NCBI RefSeq assembly: GCF_009914755.1
Contig: NC_060930.1
DNA: 64,000 nt
Strand: one strand, 5' to 3'
Origin: the human T2T-CHM13v2.0 reference genome, Homo sapiens
Shown in pieces: positions 30,726 through 45,030 of the stretch. The translations under genes were made by a program, and so were the position numbers. How positions within the stretch are numbered: the stretch's first letter is position 1; every line of letters begins with the position of its first letter. Under the pieces are notes generated by a model. That model ran no database searches. It saw only the letters and a list, made by a program, of their open reading frames with translations, and was not told the DNA's origin.

Positions 30726-31597
30726 CTAATATCTCAGTTTTCATAAGTAATCTAGGAAAACTGTTAAAAAATAAATAAGTTAGGTAAATGTAACTGGAAT
30801 AAGCATCAAAAATAGGCATGATGGTGTATGCCTGTAGTCTCAGCTACTCAGGAGAACTTTTATGTAATTTGAAATCTTAAAGTTATGTTAAATTAAGAAA
30901 TAGATAGTCACTAAATGTCTGGGTCATTTCCAAATAAGATTTTTAAAAAATGAAACAAATTGCTGAACATGAATAAGTTTATTCTTAGCTTCTTCAATTT
31001 TATTGAAAGATTAAATATATTTGGGTGTATTATACCTAAAAAATTATGTTATGGGGAGAGAGATATTTCTAAAAATTATAAGATAATTCTTATCTCAAAA
31101 ATACTGATGTGACAGTTCAAAATTGGTTGCTAACAATTAAAGTTACTAAGTTAAAATTCTATTTAATGTATAGAGTTCTGTATATAAAGTGTACCCAAAA
31201 AGTAAAATGCATTTTAATAAGAAAAATTATAAGAAAGGCATATAATATGTTCTTTATTGAGGGAAAAAAGAATAATTTTGTCTAATTCACAGGCTATTTA
31301 AATAGTCTCCTACATCCAAACTCTGGATATAGGAAATAAATAGAAACAAGATAGAAAGAAGTCAATAAGTAGGAGAGAGATGTGAACAAAGTTGTGGATA
31401 TGAAGATGTATTTTTGGTAATAAAAGTTAAAAAGAAGAGAGAATCATTTTGTACAAGGAAGATTTTTGTGTAGTAAATGTTTGTCCTAAAATAAAATGAC
31501 TGGTCATCTAAGAAAGAGGAAGTGTAGAACAAAGCAGAAAATCCAAGCATGTCATCAGTCATCTGAGTAAGTCATAATAAGGTTAATGCAGGGGGAA

Positions 31598-31903
31598 TTT
31601 ATTTATTTATTTATTTATTTATTTATTTTTGAGCCAGAGTCTTGCTCTGTCACCAGGCTGGAGTGCAGTGGTGTGATCTTGGCTCACTAATCTCCGCCTC
31701 CCAGGTTCAAGAGATTCCCATGCCTCAGCCTCCCAAGTAGCTGGGACAACAGGCATGCACCACCATGCCCGGCTAATTTTTTGTACTTTAGTAGAGACAG
31801 GATTTCCCCATGTTGGACAGGATGGTTTCAATCTCCTGACCTGGTGATCCACCCACCTCAGCCTCCCAAAGTGCTGGGATTACAGGCGTGAGCCACTGAG
31901 CCC
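31598..31903 (-). mobile_element. AluS (Sc-like)
   Basis: Alu consensus with (TTTA)n tail. Confidence 0.93.
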
Positions 31904-32889
31904 TATTTTTTAAATTTGTGTGTAATCTAGTTGGCTATAATTAATTAGAAAGGAATTATTTAGAAGTCTTTCTGTAGATTGAGCTTTGATGGTAACCATA
32001 CACTAATAGAAAACAAAAAATTTAGTCGCCCTATGTTAGAACAACAAGGTTTCCTCAAAGTATTGATTTGCTCTTAGTAAAATTAAAAGAGGTTTTGATT
32101 AATTCTGAAATCTGTTTCTTTAACAGGCATCTTCTAAACTATAGACAGTTTCTATTTCTGCCAGATTTCTTTCTGAGATGTTTTAATTTCTCTAGTTTCA
32201 GTTGAAAATACTGTCTTTGTTATTTGGAATGCTTATTTTATTTACCAAGGTAAAAAAAATTTGGAAGCATCTCAGATTTATATCTCAGAAGTTCAACTTT
32301 TCCTGTACCTTGCTGCATGTGATTTGCAGGTCATACATCATACCTTTAGTTTTTTTCCCCTTCAATAGGTATCTTGTTTTGCTTGGCTGAGGTGATAACT
32401 ATCTCCTTCAACTTTTTTGTTAACTCTCATTATCTTCTTTTTTTTTTCCTCTGGTTCTTATTCTGCTGTTATAGCCTGACACTAAAATGCTTACCCTGAA
32501 GTCCTGGAAAAGCAATATTTTCCTCCAGTATAACTTGATTCTGCACTCTTGGCTTTTCTTGATGTGTTCGAATTGTTCCATATAACTAGGAAACTTCCTA
32601 TGTTGTTACTCTATTTGCCTCCTTAAGATATTAGTTTTTTGTTTACATTACTCTATAATGTAGGGTACACACATAATTCCAGACACATTCTTCCTGTGTC
32701 TGATTAAAGTCAAGTACACTTTTCATCAGGTTTGATTTCCAGGTCATCTAAGTGGGCTTCCCATATGTAGAAGCAATCACACCACGAGAGGTTTTTCTTT
32801 ACCTTTTTGGTAAGTGGCCTAAAAAAAAAAAAAAACAAATATTTTAAGTTTTATGAAGATATTTTCCTGTATTGTCTTTGTCTTTATTC

Positions 32890-33213
32890 GGTTTTTTTGT
32901 TTTTTATGTTTTTGAGACAGAGTCTCATTCTTTCACCCAGGCTGCAATGCAGTGGCATGACTATGGCTCACTGCAGCCTTGATCTCCTGGGCTCAAGTGA
33001 TCCTCCCACCTCAGCCTCCTAAATAACTGGGACTACAGGCACACACCACCACACCAGGCTGTTTTCTTTTGTTTGTTTGTTTTTGTTTTTGCTTTGTTTT
33101 GTTTTCAGAGATGAGGTCTCACTATGTTGACCAGGCTGGTCTCTAACTCCAGAGCTCAAGCAATCCTCCTGCTTTGGCCTTCCAGATTATAGGTATAAGC
33201 CACCATGCCCAGC
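32890..33213 (-). mobile_element. AluJ
   Basis: Alu consensus. Confidence 0.92.
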
Positions 33214-33626
33214 TAAGGTTTGTGATTTCTTAGGAAAACTGAACTTTAAAAGGGTAAGGTTTTCATAGCCATGCAATTTTCTGTATTACTTTTGAATTCT
33301 TTTGGTTATTACTCCAGTTAAATGAATAAGTATTATTTTACAGTGACCTGTGACTGTTTTGATCAAGTGTTGTGAACATTTTGACATCTCTGGCAGGGTT
33401 CCCCAGGATCAAAATCCTAAATTTAGTGGTTTTGGCCTGTAATTAACTTTGGAATTTTCCAGTTGGGTCCCTGGAAAGCATCAAAGAATGTATCTCTCAT
33501 TTCCAGAGATAGTAAATGATTAGGCTTATTTGGTAAATTGAATGGGAGGCATCGTCAAATGATAAGTGATACTAGATCTTCTTTCGTTTATATTTATGGT
33601 TATGTTTCAAAAATGATGTAAATTCA

Positions 33627-33917
<291 letters not shown>

Positions 33918-36070
33918 TTATGCAAATTCATAAGAATCTAATATGTTATCAGTAATAATTTGGTTATGTTAAATCTTTTTAAAAGTTTTATTTGTATGAA
34001 TATGTTATTAATTTGAGTATTCTAAAGATTATATGAAATTTATAAAAGTCTGATGTTCCTGATGTGACTGTCAGTCATGATACTGGTTATCATCTTAAAA
34101 TGCTGCATGTAATTGGAATATCTAAATTTCCTCATTATATGGAACTTTTATGAAATTTTAACCGTGGATATTCTAAATATTTGTCATCCATGGTTATTGT
34201 TTTGAATTATTCTCTAAAAGCATTTGCAACCAATGACAGTCCAAACTTGCTTTTTATGGAAAAGACTCTAGCAAGTACTCTTGAGCACAGATTTCTGATA
34301 ACTTTAAAATCATTGGACTGAAAACATATTTCCAGAACTCTAATAAAGAGATTGATGGGTTCATAAAACTGCTAATCAAGATCAAGCGAAACAAAAAATT
34401 AATTATGTAAAATTAATTAATTAACTGATCAAAATAATGTTTTTATGACTTATTTAAAACACTTTTGGTTCTTCACTTAAATATTTTGTTTTCAAATTTA
34501 AGGAAGCTTTTTTTCATAAGCTAGCTATCTATAGTTTACAATAATTTGGTAATTATTGTGAACAATAATTTTGTTCACAAAATTATTTTGTGAACAAAGA
34601 TGTAAGCACTTGCTTTCTCTCCCATCTAATTACTCCAAAATTCAGAAACTATTCATAAGTATTCTTATTTTTTATCATATGATTGTTTCCATAAGTTCAA
34701 TTAAAAAAAAGAACTGTCCTCTCCTTATAAGCAGGATACAATTGGAAACATTGGTTTTACTACCAAGGCTTTGGCTAAAATGTCATATTTAAGAAGGTGC
34801 ATAAAACATCTGGCTTCCAGAGTTCACAATTTTACAGTAGTTAAGATTATCACTTCATGGAAGTCCAAATAATCTTAAGACTGTAAGTAAAATCTAAAGT
34901 CTGCTTTGGTTTGGCTTCCTAGCATCAAGAAGTTTTTAAGTCTAAAACCCCTATATGATCAATGTAGAGAGAAAAAGGTATGTTTCTAAAGAAAAACTAT
35001 AATAAACCTGTTATTAGATTGTAGCTCTGTGCATTGTTTTCAGGTTCTTTTTGTCTACCTGTAGACTTGAGTAGATCCTGAATTCTCCTCATTTCCTTCA
35101 ATATTAGGCTACAACTTTCCAACTAAAAACAAACACAGAAAACTTTTCTTTTCCTAAATCCCTATAAGCTGAAACTAGATGAATTTCAGAAAACAAGCCT
35201 CATGTCTGATCGATGGGCCACACCAAAGTTCAACAAATCACCCAAAGTTATGATCAGACACATTCAAACTGCAAAGCCAGAGAAGCTGACATTTTCATAC
35301 TATAGACAGATTTCCCCCAAGATGTTGGAATAAAACTTTATAACACAATGAGAGTCTTATCCCACTTAATGCCTACCTTTTTACTTGGCAGTATAACAGC
35401 GTAATTGAAATTTTACAATCAATACCTTCTGCTAGTAACTTAACAGAAACTATTCTAAGAATTTTAACCAATTCATTGGTTAAATAAGAAAATGTCTGTG
35501 CTATTGCCAATACTACAGGCTGTACCTGGAAAAATTTCTGCGGAAAAGTTGAGACCCATGTACACAAAATAAGAAAACAGGCCACATGGTTACAACAGGT
35601 CTCACTTAATTCTCTATGGTAATTTGATGTATTCAATTTGTTATCTTTAAGCCTAGGTTCATGGCTCAAAATCATTATGCAAACTACAACTGTCATATTA
35701 CTATTAATTTTACTTTGTATGTTCCCTTTTTAAACTTTGTGTCCGTTACTTGTTAAATTTTTGCAGAAGTACAACTCCTAACAAAAAGAGAAGGCCCAGC
35801 ACTTTGAGATGATAACAAAATGCTACAGAAAAAACAAAATTAAACTTAATAATGGATTCCTGGTAGACTTAACCTGAGAGCCACTCCCTTCAAACCTTCT
35901 TTATTGCTAAAACATGGCTAAAAGGGTTTTGACACTGACTCCTAGTCACCAATCACTCCCCACAACCAGGACAGGTTTATCCCAGCACCAAGGGACATTA
36001 AGACCTACCTACAGGATGATTGATCAGTGAGTGATGCTTTTGGACAAAGATCTTGACCGAAAGGAGGAAA

Positions 36071-36521
36071 TGTGAAAGTTATCAGAATCAAAATGAAGTC
36101 ACTAACGTTTAAACAAACAAAAAGCCTGACAAATAGAGCCATGAAGAGAGGTTTTCATGCTTTTATATCTGATAATAACAAAAGCTATCACAAAAGACTC
36201 TGCAAAAACTACCTCTTTGCATAAGACCATCACAACCATACACAAAAAAAGGCTTCTGCAAGGACATCTGCCCAGCAACTGCTTGCTCAACCTCAGACCG
36301 GTGTCACCCTTGTCATTGATCCTTCTAGCTAAGTATAATTATTTCAAAACAATGATGTAATCCCCCTCATTTTTTTACTTTAAAAACCTTTGTCTTCCTT
36401 TACATCCTTGAATATGCACATAATTTACTATGGCATGCATATTCCCATTACAATGCTCTATCCCCACATAAATATCTTTTTCTCTTAGAGAGCCTCTTTT
36501 TGTGTGTTATTTAGGTTGACA
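36071..36521 (+). mobile_element. ERV1 3' LTR, MER34/MER39-like
   Basis: TGTGAAAGTTATCAGAATCAAAATG...TTTAGGTTGACA, TG...CA termini. Confidence 0.8.
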
Positions 36522-36529
36522 CATCCAAG

Positions 36530-36825
36530 CAAATTTGTTAAACCCAAGGAGGAGAAGCATGGGAACCTCAGGTTATACAAAGTTGGTTAGGAGTGTACAT
36601 GATAACCTATTGCTTGTAATTGGCATCTGAAGTGTGGGCTGAGCTCTTAGCCTGTGAGATCTCCAGATAGATAGTGTCAGAATTGAATTGAATCATAGGA
36701 CACCCAGCTGGTGTCTGTTGGATATGTTGCGGGGGAAACCCCTCACACATCTGGTCACATAAGTGTTCTGTGTTGACTGTGACAGTATAGCAGAAAGAAA
36801 AAAAGAAAGCTTGTTTTTCCTTCAG
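36530..36825 (+). mobile_element. MER21-like LTR fragment
   Basis: gtgtcagaattgaattg...ggacacccagctggtgtc. Confidence 0.65.
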
Positions 36826-37365
36826 ATAGACTAAGCAGTTAGTATGTATCATGTTGATATAATTATGTCTCATAACTACCCTGAAAGATAGAAAATGTTA
36901 TCGTCATTTTACAAAGGTTTAAACCCAAACTCAGACTTTTCCCCTCCCAGAATGCTCTCTGACTGGATATCAGCATTGTTCTCACATGTAGTATACTCAC
37001 TTTAAAAGCACAACCTAAATGAATTAAAGAATAGCGCAACATTTTCTGACCTAGAATTGGTATGCCTTAAGCATTGCTTTAAATGCATGCTACCTTGTTT
37101 ACCTTTATTAACTTTACACACATAAACCTGTGAGTTTAGATCCCAGAAATGCTTTATTCCCATTTTGTAAAGGGGAATTTTTTAACCCACTAGCTTATTA
37201 TATCTTTCTTCCAATGTGTATTCTAGCTCCATGCTTTTTAAACTAATGCTAGGATTCTCAAACCAAGGTTCACCATGAGGATCAGGCATTCTTTAGATAA
37301 AGCTATTTCCTTATTAACATTATTAACCTCTCTTATTATCTTGTGGAGAAATCTATTACAAAAAC

Positions 37366-38090
37366 TGTATTAGTTGGAATAGACTGGGTTATATGGTAGT
37401 AACAAATTAATCCTGAATTCTCAGTGTCTTAACATAGTTAAAGTTTTTGTTTGTTTGTTTGTTTGTTTTGTTTTGCTTTGTTTGAGACTAGATCTTGCTC
37501 TGTAGCCCAGGCTGGAATATGGTGGCAAGATCACAGTTCACTGTAGCCTCAAACTCCCAGGCTCAAGCAATCCTCTCACCTCAGCCTCCTGAGTAGCTAG
37601 GACTACAGCATTTTCCACTATGCCCAGCTAACTTTTTTATTTTTTGTAGAGGCAGAATCTCACTATGTTGGCCAGGCTGGTCTCGAACTCCCAGACTCAA
37701 GCAGTCCTTCTACCTCAGCTTCCCAAAGTGCTGAGATTGCAGGCATGAGCCACCACACCTGGCCAATAGTGAAAATTTATTTCTTGCTCATTATACATGT
37801 CTATTACAGGTCAGCAAAAGTCCCTGCTCCACGTAGTCACTCAGAGACCTAAGTTGGCCAATGCCCACCAACTTGTAGATGCCCCATAGGGAATACACAA
37901 CTTCCTCAATCAGGAGAAAAAAGAGACTAGAAAATTATACATAGACTTTTTACTACCTCTGCCTGAAGATCAATTTGGCTTTCATTTTATTGACCAAAGC
38001 TAGTCACATGAGCTCACTAACTACAAGGGGGCTGGAAAATGCAAGAGGATCAAATGAAACAATTGATAAGTGTTACTGGCTCTGTTACAA
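37366..38090 (-). mobile_element. Old MLT1 LTR interrupted by AluJ
   Basis: tgtattagtt...gtaacaaa; attgaccaaagctagtcacatg. Confidence 0.6.
37443..37764 (-). mobile_element. AluJ
   Basis: Alu consensus. Confidence 0.92.
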
Positions 38091-38944
38091 ATCATATAAT
38101 AATTTTCTAGGCTTTCATTTATCTTCTACTCCTTTGACTTAGAGGACAAAATGAATTATTGGTCACAGTGAATAAACTCACTTTAAAATTTTGTTTTGTT
38201 TTGCTTTTGATGCCCATTTAGAATCTGTATATATTTGCATTTGCTTAAGCATTATTCTGGAGGTGGGGAAGTGGTTTCTTCATGTATCAGCTAACAATTT
38301 CCATTGAGGCAAAATAGGAATCTGTAATATTCACTCTTTTACATTACCTTTATTATTTGACACTATGATTTAGATATATGACCCTACTCTGAAAATAAGG
38401 AAGATATTCTTTTATATGTAGATGACATGCCTCTATTTCAAGTACTCCAAGATTGGCTTTAAGAGAGAATCAACCTTCCTATCCCATTACTTCCCAAAAA
38501 GGAGCTAGAGACCAAGTACTCTAGAATTAAACCATTATTTTTGTTCACTATTACCCAACAGTAAACTGGTTCATAATTTACAACTCCATAAGTCCATTAT
38601 CAATATTTTACACTTTAACTTAATATGTTCACCAGGAAATTATATTTCTTAAAGTTATACACTCTGTGGTTCCTTTTCTGAAATAGTTTTATGGCTAAGG
38701 CCAATGTTCAATTATAGTTGCCCAAAGTTTTTCCAAGGTAAAATAATTGTGGACATGATTAGAGTGATGGAATTTGACCTTCTGAGATCTCATTTATCTG
38801 TGTTTTAGAGCTCATCACATATTACTTTTGGAGAAGAATCTTGCCCTCTGCAAAGGTGTTGCCACAGGCATCTCTGTGCAGAGGTGAGGTGGCTGCCTTG
38901 TTAGGATTCTGAACTGTGCTCCCAGTCATTCCTAACTAATACCT

Positions 38945-39192
38945 GAGTGGCCTACTAAATGACTAATGACTAGGTAGCATATACAGCGTGTTTATGTTGG
39001 ACAAAGGGATGATTCACATCCCGGGCAGGACAGAGTGCGATGGCAGGAGATTTCACCACACTGCTCAGAACAGCCTACAATTTAAAATGCATGAATTATT
39101 TCTGAAATTTTCCATTGGATATTTTCAAATCATGATTGACTTTAGTATTAAATCATGGAAAATGAAATCGTGGGTAAGAAGGGACTACTGTA
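38945..39192. mobile_element. MER44/Tigger7-type fragment
   Basis: ggacaaagggatgattcacatcccgggc...gggactactgta. Confidence 0.7.
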
Positions 39193-39279
39193 CTCACAGT
39201 TATGGCCTGAACTTAACAAGAGAATGAAGGGCCTCTCACTATGTTCTGTGCTCCAAACTTGCTCTTAGCTTTATGTTAC

Positions 39280-39943
39280 TTTCTTTTTTTTTTTCTTTTT
39301 TCTTTTTTTACTTTAAGTTCTGGGATACATGTGCAGAATGTGCAGGTTTGTTACATAAGTATACATGTGCCATGGTGGTTTGCTACACCTATCAACCCTT
39401 CATCTAGGTTTTAAGCCCTGCATGCATTAGGTATTTCTCCTAACGCTCTCCCCGCCCTTTCCCCCAACCCCCTAACAGGCTCTGGTGTATGATGTTCCCC
39501 TCCCTGTGTCCATGTGTTCTCATTGTTCAACTCCCACTTATGAGTGAGAACATGTGGTGTTTGGTTTTCTGTTCCTGTGTTAGTTTGCTGAAAATGATGG
39601 CTTCTAGCTTCACCCATGTCCCTGCAAAGGACATGAACTCATTCTTTTTTATGGCTGCATAATAGTCCATGGTGTATATATGCCATATTTTCTTTATCCA
39701 GTCTATCACTGATGGCATTTGGGTTGGTTCCAAGTCTTTGTTATTGTGAACAGTGCTGCAATAAACATACATGTGCATGTGTCTTTATAGTAGAATGATT
39801 TATAATCCTTTGGGTATATACCCAGTAACGGGATTGCTGGGTCAAACGGTATTTCCGGCTCTAGATCCTTGAGGGATCATCACACTGTCTTCCACAATTG
39901 TTGAACTAATTTACATTCCCACCAACAGTGTAAAAGCGTTCCT
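39280..39943 (-). mobile_element. 5'-truncated L1PA 3' end
   Basis: ORF2 C-terminus WIKKIWHIYTMDYYAAIKKNEFMSFAG, 3' UTR and poly(A). Confidence 0.95.
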
Positions 39944-40074
39944 AAACCCTGATGTTCCATTTACTCTGGTTCCCTCATTTTATTTTGCTTTATTATTTGT
40001 AGCTTTTTAAGCTGTTAAAACCTTTTTGGAACCACACAAGGTATCAACTGACCTTTCAAAGTTTACTAATAGAA

Positions 40075-40374
40075 GGCCAGATGTGGTGGCTTATGCCTGT
40101 AATGCCAGCACTTTGGGAGGCTGAGGCGGGCAGGTTGATTGAGGCCAAGAGTTCGAGACCAGCCTGGCCAACGTGGTGAAATGTCCTCTCTACTAAAAAT
40201 ACAAAAATTAGCCGGGCTGGTGGTGCACACCTGTAGTCCCAGCTACTCAGGAGGATGAGACAGGAGAATCGCTTGGACTTGGGAGGCGGAGGTTGCAGCG
40301 AGCCTCCCAAGGTGCACCACTGCACTCCAGCCTGGGTGAGACTATCTCAAAAACAAGTAAACAAACAAACAAAA
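40075..40374 (+). mobile_element. AluS
   Basis: TSD aaagtttactaatagaa/aaagttcactaataagaa. Confidence 0.95.
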
Positions 40375-40612
40375 AGTTCACTAATAAGAAGGCATACATT
40401 AGTTATAGAAAACTTGACCTAGTATATGCCTGTTCTTTCTTCCTATCTTTCTTCCTATCTCCCCTCACCTTTCACAGTTGCATTTTCAATTACAAAAGAA
40501 AGACATGTCTTTCATGCATTCCAAAACTGACTGTATTGAATCGCCTTGAGAATGAAAATTCTAGAGTGAAAACATAGGGAGAATTCAAAATATCTGTGTT
40601 GATGAAGCCATC

Positions 40613-40930
40613 CTTTTTTTTCTTTTTCTTCAACTTTTAAGTTCCAGGGTACGTGTACAGGATGTACGTGTGCTTACTGTTACACAGGTAAGCAAGTGCC
40701 ATGGTGGTTTGCTTCACAAATCATCCCATCACCTAGGTGTTAAGCCCAGCATCCACTATCTATCCTTCCTGATGCTCTTCCTCCCCCCCACCAACCCCCT
40801 CCCCACAGGCCCCAGTGTGCGTTGTTCCCCCGCATGTGTCCATGTATTCTCATCATTCAGCTCCCTCTTGTAAGTGAGAACATGCTGTGTTTGGTTCTCT
40901 GTTCCTGTGTTAGTTTGCTGAGGATAATGG
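40613..40930 (-). mobile_element. Short L1PA 3' fragment with TSD
   Basis: L1 3' UTR; flanks gatgaagccatcctt / gatgaagacatcttt. Confidence 0.9.
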
Positions 40931-41801
40931 GATGAAGACATCTTTAATGAGGACACCATAAACCCACAGTAGGTCTTAGCATTTTTCTCTGTCTTAAACC
41001 TATTTCTCTCTTTTTTTTTTTTTAAATCCTTAGGGGGATCCTTTATTTCATTCACCTCCTCCTTACAAGGTGGAATTTTAATAAGTACAGGTTGTGTCTG
41101 CCAATTCAGTCCATGACTCAGAGTATCACCTTGTCCTCATTCCATAGCATAAGCTGTTCTTGGGGGAGAGGCCCGAGGGTCGTGGATTCACTGGACTAGA
41201 TGGGACATGATCCAGAACTTTACTACATTTGGCTTCCCAAGGATCCCACCACCTCCTTCTAATCAGTGATCATCGAGGAAACGCATTGCATTCCTATTCA
41301 CTATTTCAAAGATCAGGCCTACCTCACTGGCATATCAAGAAAGTTTTCTCAAGTATATTTAGTGTTTATAATTTTCCTATAGTTCTTCAAATGTATGACA
41401 TTCATCTTTTTCCCTACCTCTAAATTCCTTTCTTTTTCACATTATCTTTCTTGATTGCTTTTTAGTAGAAAAACAAAGACATGGATTTATTGTGCATATT
41501 AGCAGGTCCATCCTGGAAAATGCATGGAGGTTTCATACACATCACTTACAGTAACAGCTCAGAGTATAAAGTCGAGAAGGAAGAATCTGAAATATTAGAC
41601 TTATTCTGAAATAAGCTTACCTAGGATGATACCACTTTTGATCAGAATTTCCACTTTCCAACTAGTTAACAGTGGTAAATATATAAAATCTGGTAGTTAA
41701 AATACATAGTAGTCACTTCATATTACTGCCTCCCCCAACCCACCCAACTTCTGAAGAACAGAGCTTTTTCAAGTTTTGTTCCCCTTTAAGTTTTAATTTA
41801 A

Positions 41802-42143
<342 letters not shown>

Positions 42144-43239
42144 AAAAAAAAAACTTTTAAAAAGTCATGCTGTACCAATATATCCCCAGAGAGAACTGCA
42201 ATTTACCAAGGTTTTCATGTGTTTTGAGAGAAATCTTACTGAAAGAATAGTAATGTCCATTTTCCAGTAAATACTGAGTGAAAAACAATTTTTATACCCC
42301 AATCTGAGGTATAAACTTGCTTTTTTAGGAACACAACTGCTGTAAATTAGACAATTGTAGCAACCATCCAAGACAATAACAACGCCTATGACAGTCTGGC
42401 ATATTCTGGTGAGTGTCTATCAAAGCTCATCATGATTTTTTGTGGGATCTTCCCCATAATTGGTAGTTTGGCTTCCAACAAACATGTTCCAGTTCTCCAA
42501 TATTTCCTCTTTAGCCTCTGATTCTTGTTTTTGTCTGACTCATATATACTAGATGCCTGGCCTCACCCTGTGCATGATCATAATCTTGAGAGAGGATCCA
42601 GTGGCGAATCTCGTCTTTGTCCAACTTCCGGTCCTTGTTCAGATCCCGGAATTCGTTAAATTGCTCCAGTTCTGATAAAACCCAGTCTGGCTCAGAGCCA
42701 TTCTCATGGGAAAACATAACCACAATATATTCATCCTGATCCACAAACCCATCACCGTTCTTGTCGTTGTCCTCCAGGGTTTCCAAAACCACAATTTCCT
42801 TCATATGCTCAAACTCTTCGGTATGCAGAAAGGCAGTGAACTCCTCCCGAGTGGCTGTCAGGGCGCCATCGAGGTCTGCAGCTTTGAATCTTCTCTCGTC
42901 ACGCGGCAGCATCTTTTTAAAGGTGTAATGATCTGAAGAATCATGAAACTCCGCGGGGTTTCCTAGGTCATAGGTGGCTTGTTTGTATTCTTCCTAGTAA
43001 ATTTTATCATCCTTGTCCCTATCGTAATCCCGCCAGACTTTGGCGACATCATCGAAGATGTATCTTTTCTGCACCCGTTTGATCCAGGTTTTCAGCTCCT
43101 CAGTAGTGCCAAAGCCATCTCCATCATTGTTGATTCGATCAACAATCTTCCCCAGCCTCTCCTTGCTCTTGTCCGGGGTGAGCTGGTCGAAGGTCTTAGA
43201 GTCCTCCTTGCCCAGGAAGGCCTCATGGCGGTACCGGAA

Positions 43240-43626
43240 GCTCCGGTTGACCTCTGGAAGCCGCTCGCCCAGCTCCGAGTCAGGCCGCACCACGCGCTCC
43301 TTGCGCACGGTGGGCTTGGCCCGCAGCGCCCGCAGGCCAGCACCAGCGCCAGCAGCATCTCCAGGACGAGCCCGAGGACTAGCCCCAGGCGGCGGCTGCG
43401 GCCACCGCGCGCCATCGTCCAGAGGAGAGGGCGTCCGGGAGGGAGGCGCCGAGTGAGCGACAACAGCGGTAGCTCGGGAATGGGGTCTCGCAGCGCGGCG
43501 GCGGCGGCGGCGGGCCTGGGGCCGGCGCGGAGGAAGGGACCCGCCAGTCCCTCCGCCAGGGCCCGCCCCGCGCCGGAACAGAGGTGCGCGCCCCCCGGGC
43601 CTCGGGCTGGGAAGCTACGGGCAGCC
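43240..43626. promoter_or_regulatory. CpG island core at the 5' end of the RCN1 retrocopy, with GC box and CCAAT
   Basis: Very GC- and CpG-dense; (GCG)n run, cccgcccc about 43562-43569, gccaatc 43624-43630. Confidence 0.75.
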
Positions 43627-43971
43627 AATCTGTTTCTATTCATAGTGAACCATAGATGTATGATTGAGTGGGGCCGCAAAAATCATGGCAGTTTTGCTCA
43701 ACAACCTCATCTCTTCCAACTTCTACACATAATCACAAAATGCATTACCCTAAACAATAGATTCTTCTCGGAAGAAAAGAGACTCAGACAAGTGGCAGTC
43801 CGTTATTTCATTCTGTAACAAACTCCTGCCAAAGCTTCATGACTTACCTAAATATTTATCTTGGTCTTAAAATTAGGAAGGAAGATTTTAATTATTGGGA
43901 TGTATATTAACTCATATATTTCATTCAAAAATGAAGTCTTTTTTTTTATTCTGATGGAAAGTAAGCGTGAA

Positions 43972-44261
43972 TCTCCGCACAGTGACTCATGCCTGTAATC
44001 CCAGCACTTTGGGAGGCTGAGGAAGAAGGATTGCTTCAGTCCAGGAGTTCAAGACCAGCCTAGGCAACATAGTGAGACTCCATTTCTAAAATAAATAAAT
44101 AAATAAATAAATAAATGCCTGTAGTCCCGGTTACTCAGAAGGCTGAGATGGGAGGATCGCTTGAGCCTGAGAGATTAAGGCTGCAGTGAGTTGTGATCGC
44201 ACCACTTCATTCCAGCCTGGGCAACAGAGTGATACCCATTCTCAAAAAAAAAAAAAAAAAA
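43972..44261 (+). mobile_element. AluJ
   Basis: Alu consensus with (TAAA)n middle region. Confidence 0.92.
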
Positions 44262-44682
44262 GGAAAGTATGATTTCGCTCATTGGTTTGACAAAACGACT
44301 GGTTTGGCCAATTATTTTACACGTTGGATGTTTTCCATAGATTGAATGAACTAACCCTGAAGCTCCAAGAATTTTACCAAAAATAAGTAAATCACATATC
44401 AGGTGAAATATTATATTTGCAAAGGTGAACTAACAACTTTTAGATTTTCCTAGCATTTTCTGTGTATATTGAGATGCCTCTGAGTGAAAGATTAAGAGGA
44501 ACTAATAATCATCTGATAACTCTTAGTGAAGCCTCTTTGGGAGACTTCCCAGAAATGAAATTACTCTAATGACTGAGCAACAAATATATTTGCAAGTTAG
44601 GTAGTTTCTAATTCCATGATTTCAACATAATTGAAGGAGCACCTAATTGTGTTGTCAATGAGATAATTTAAAATAAAAATGC

Positions 44683-45030
<348 letters not shown>

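Noticed and set aside
42979-43818. 279-aa + strand ORF, the longest in the track
   Set aside because: Antisense shadow of the GC-rich RCN1 retrocopy; non-ATG start and no independent protein features.
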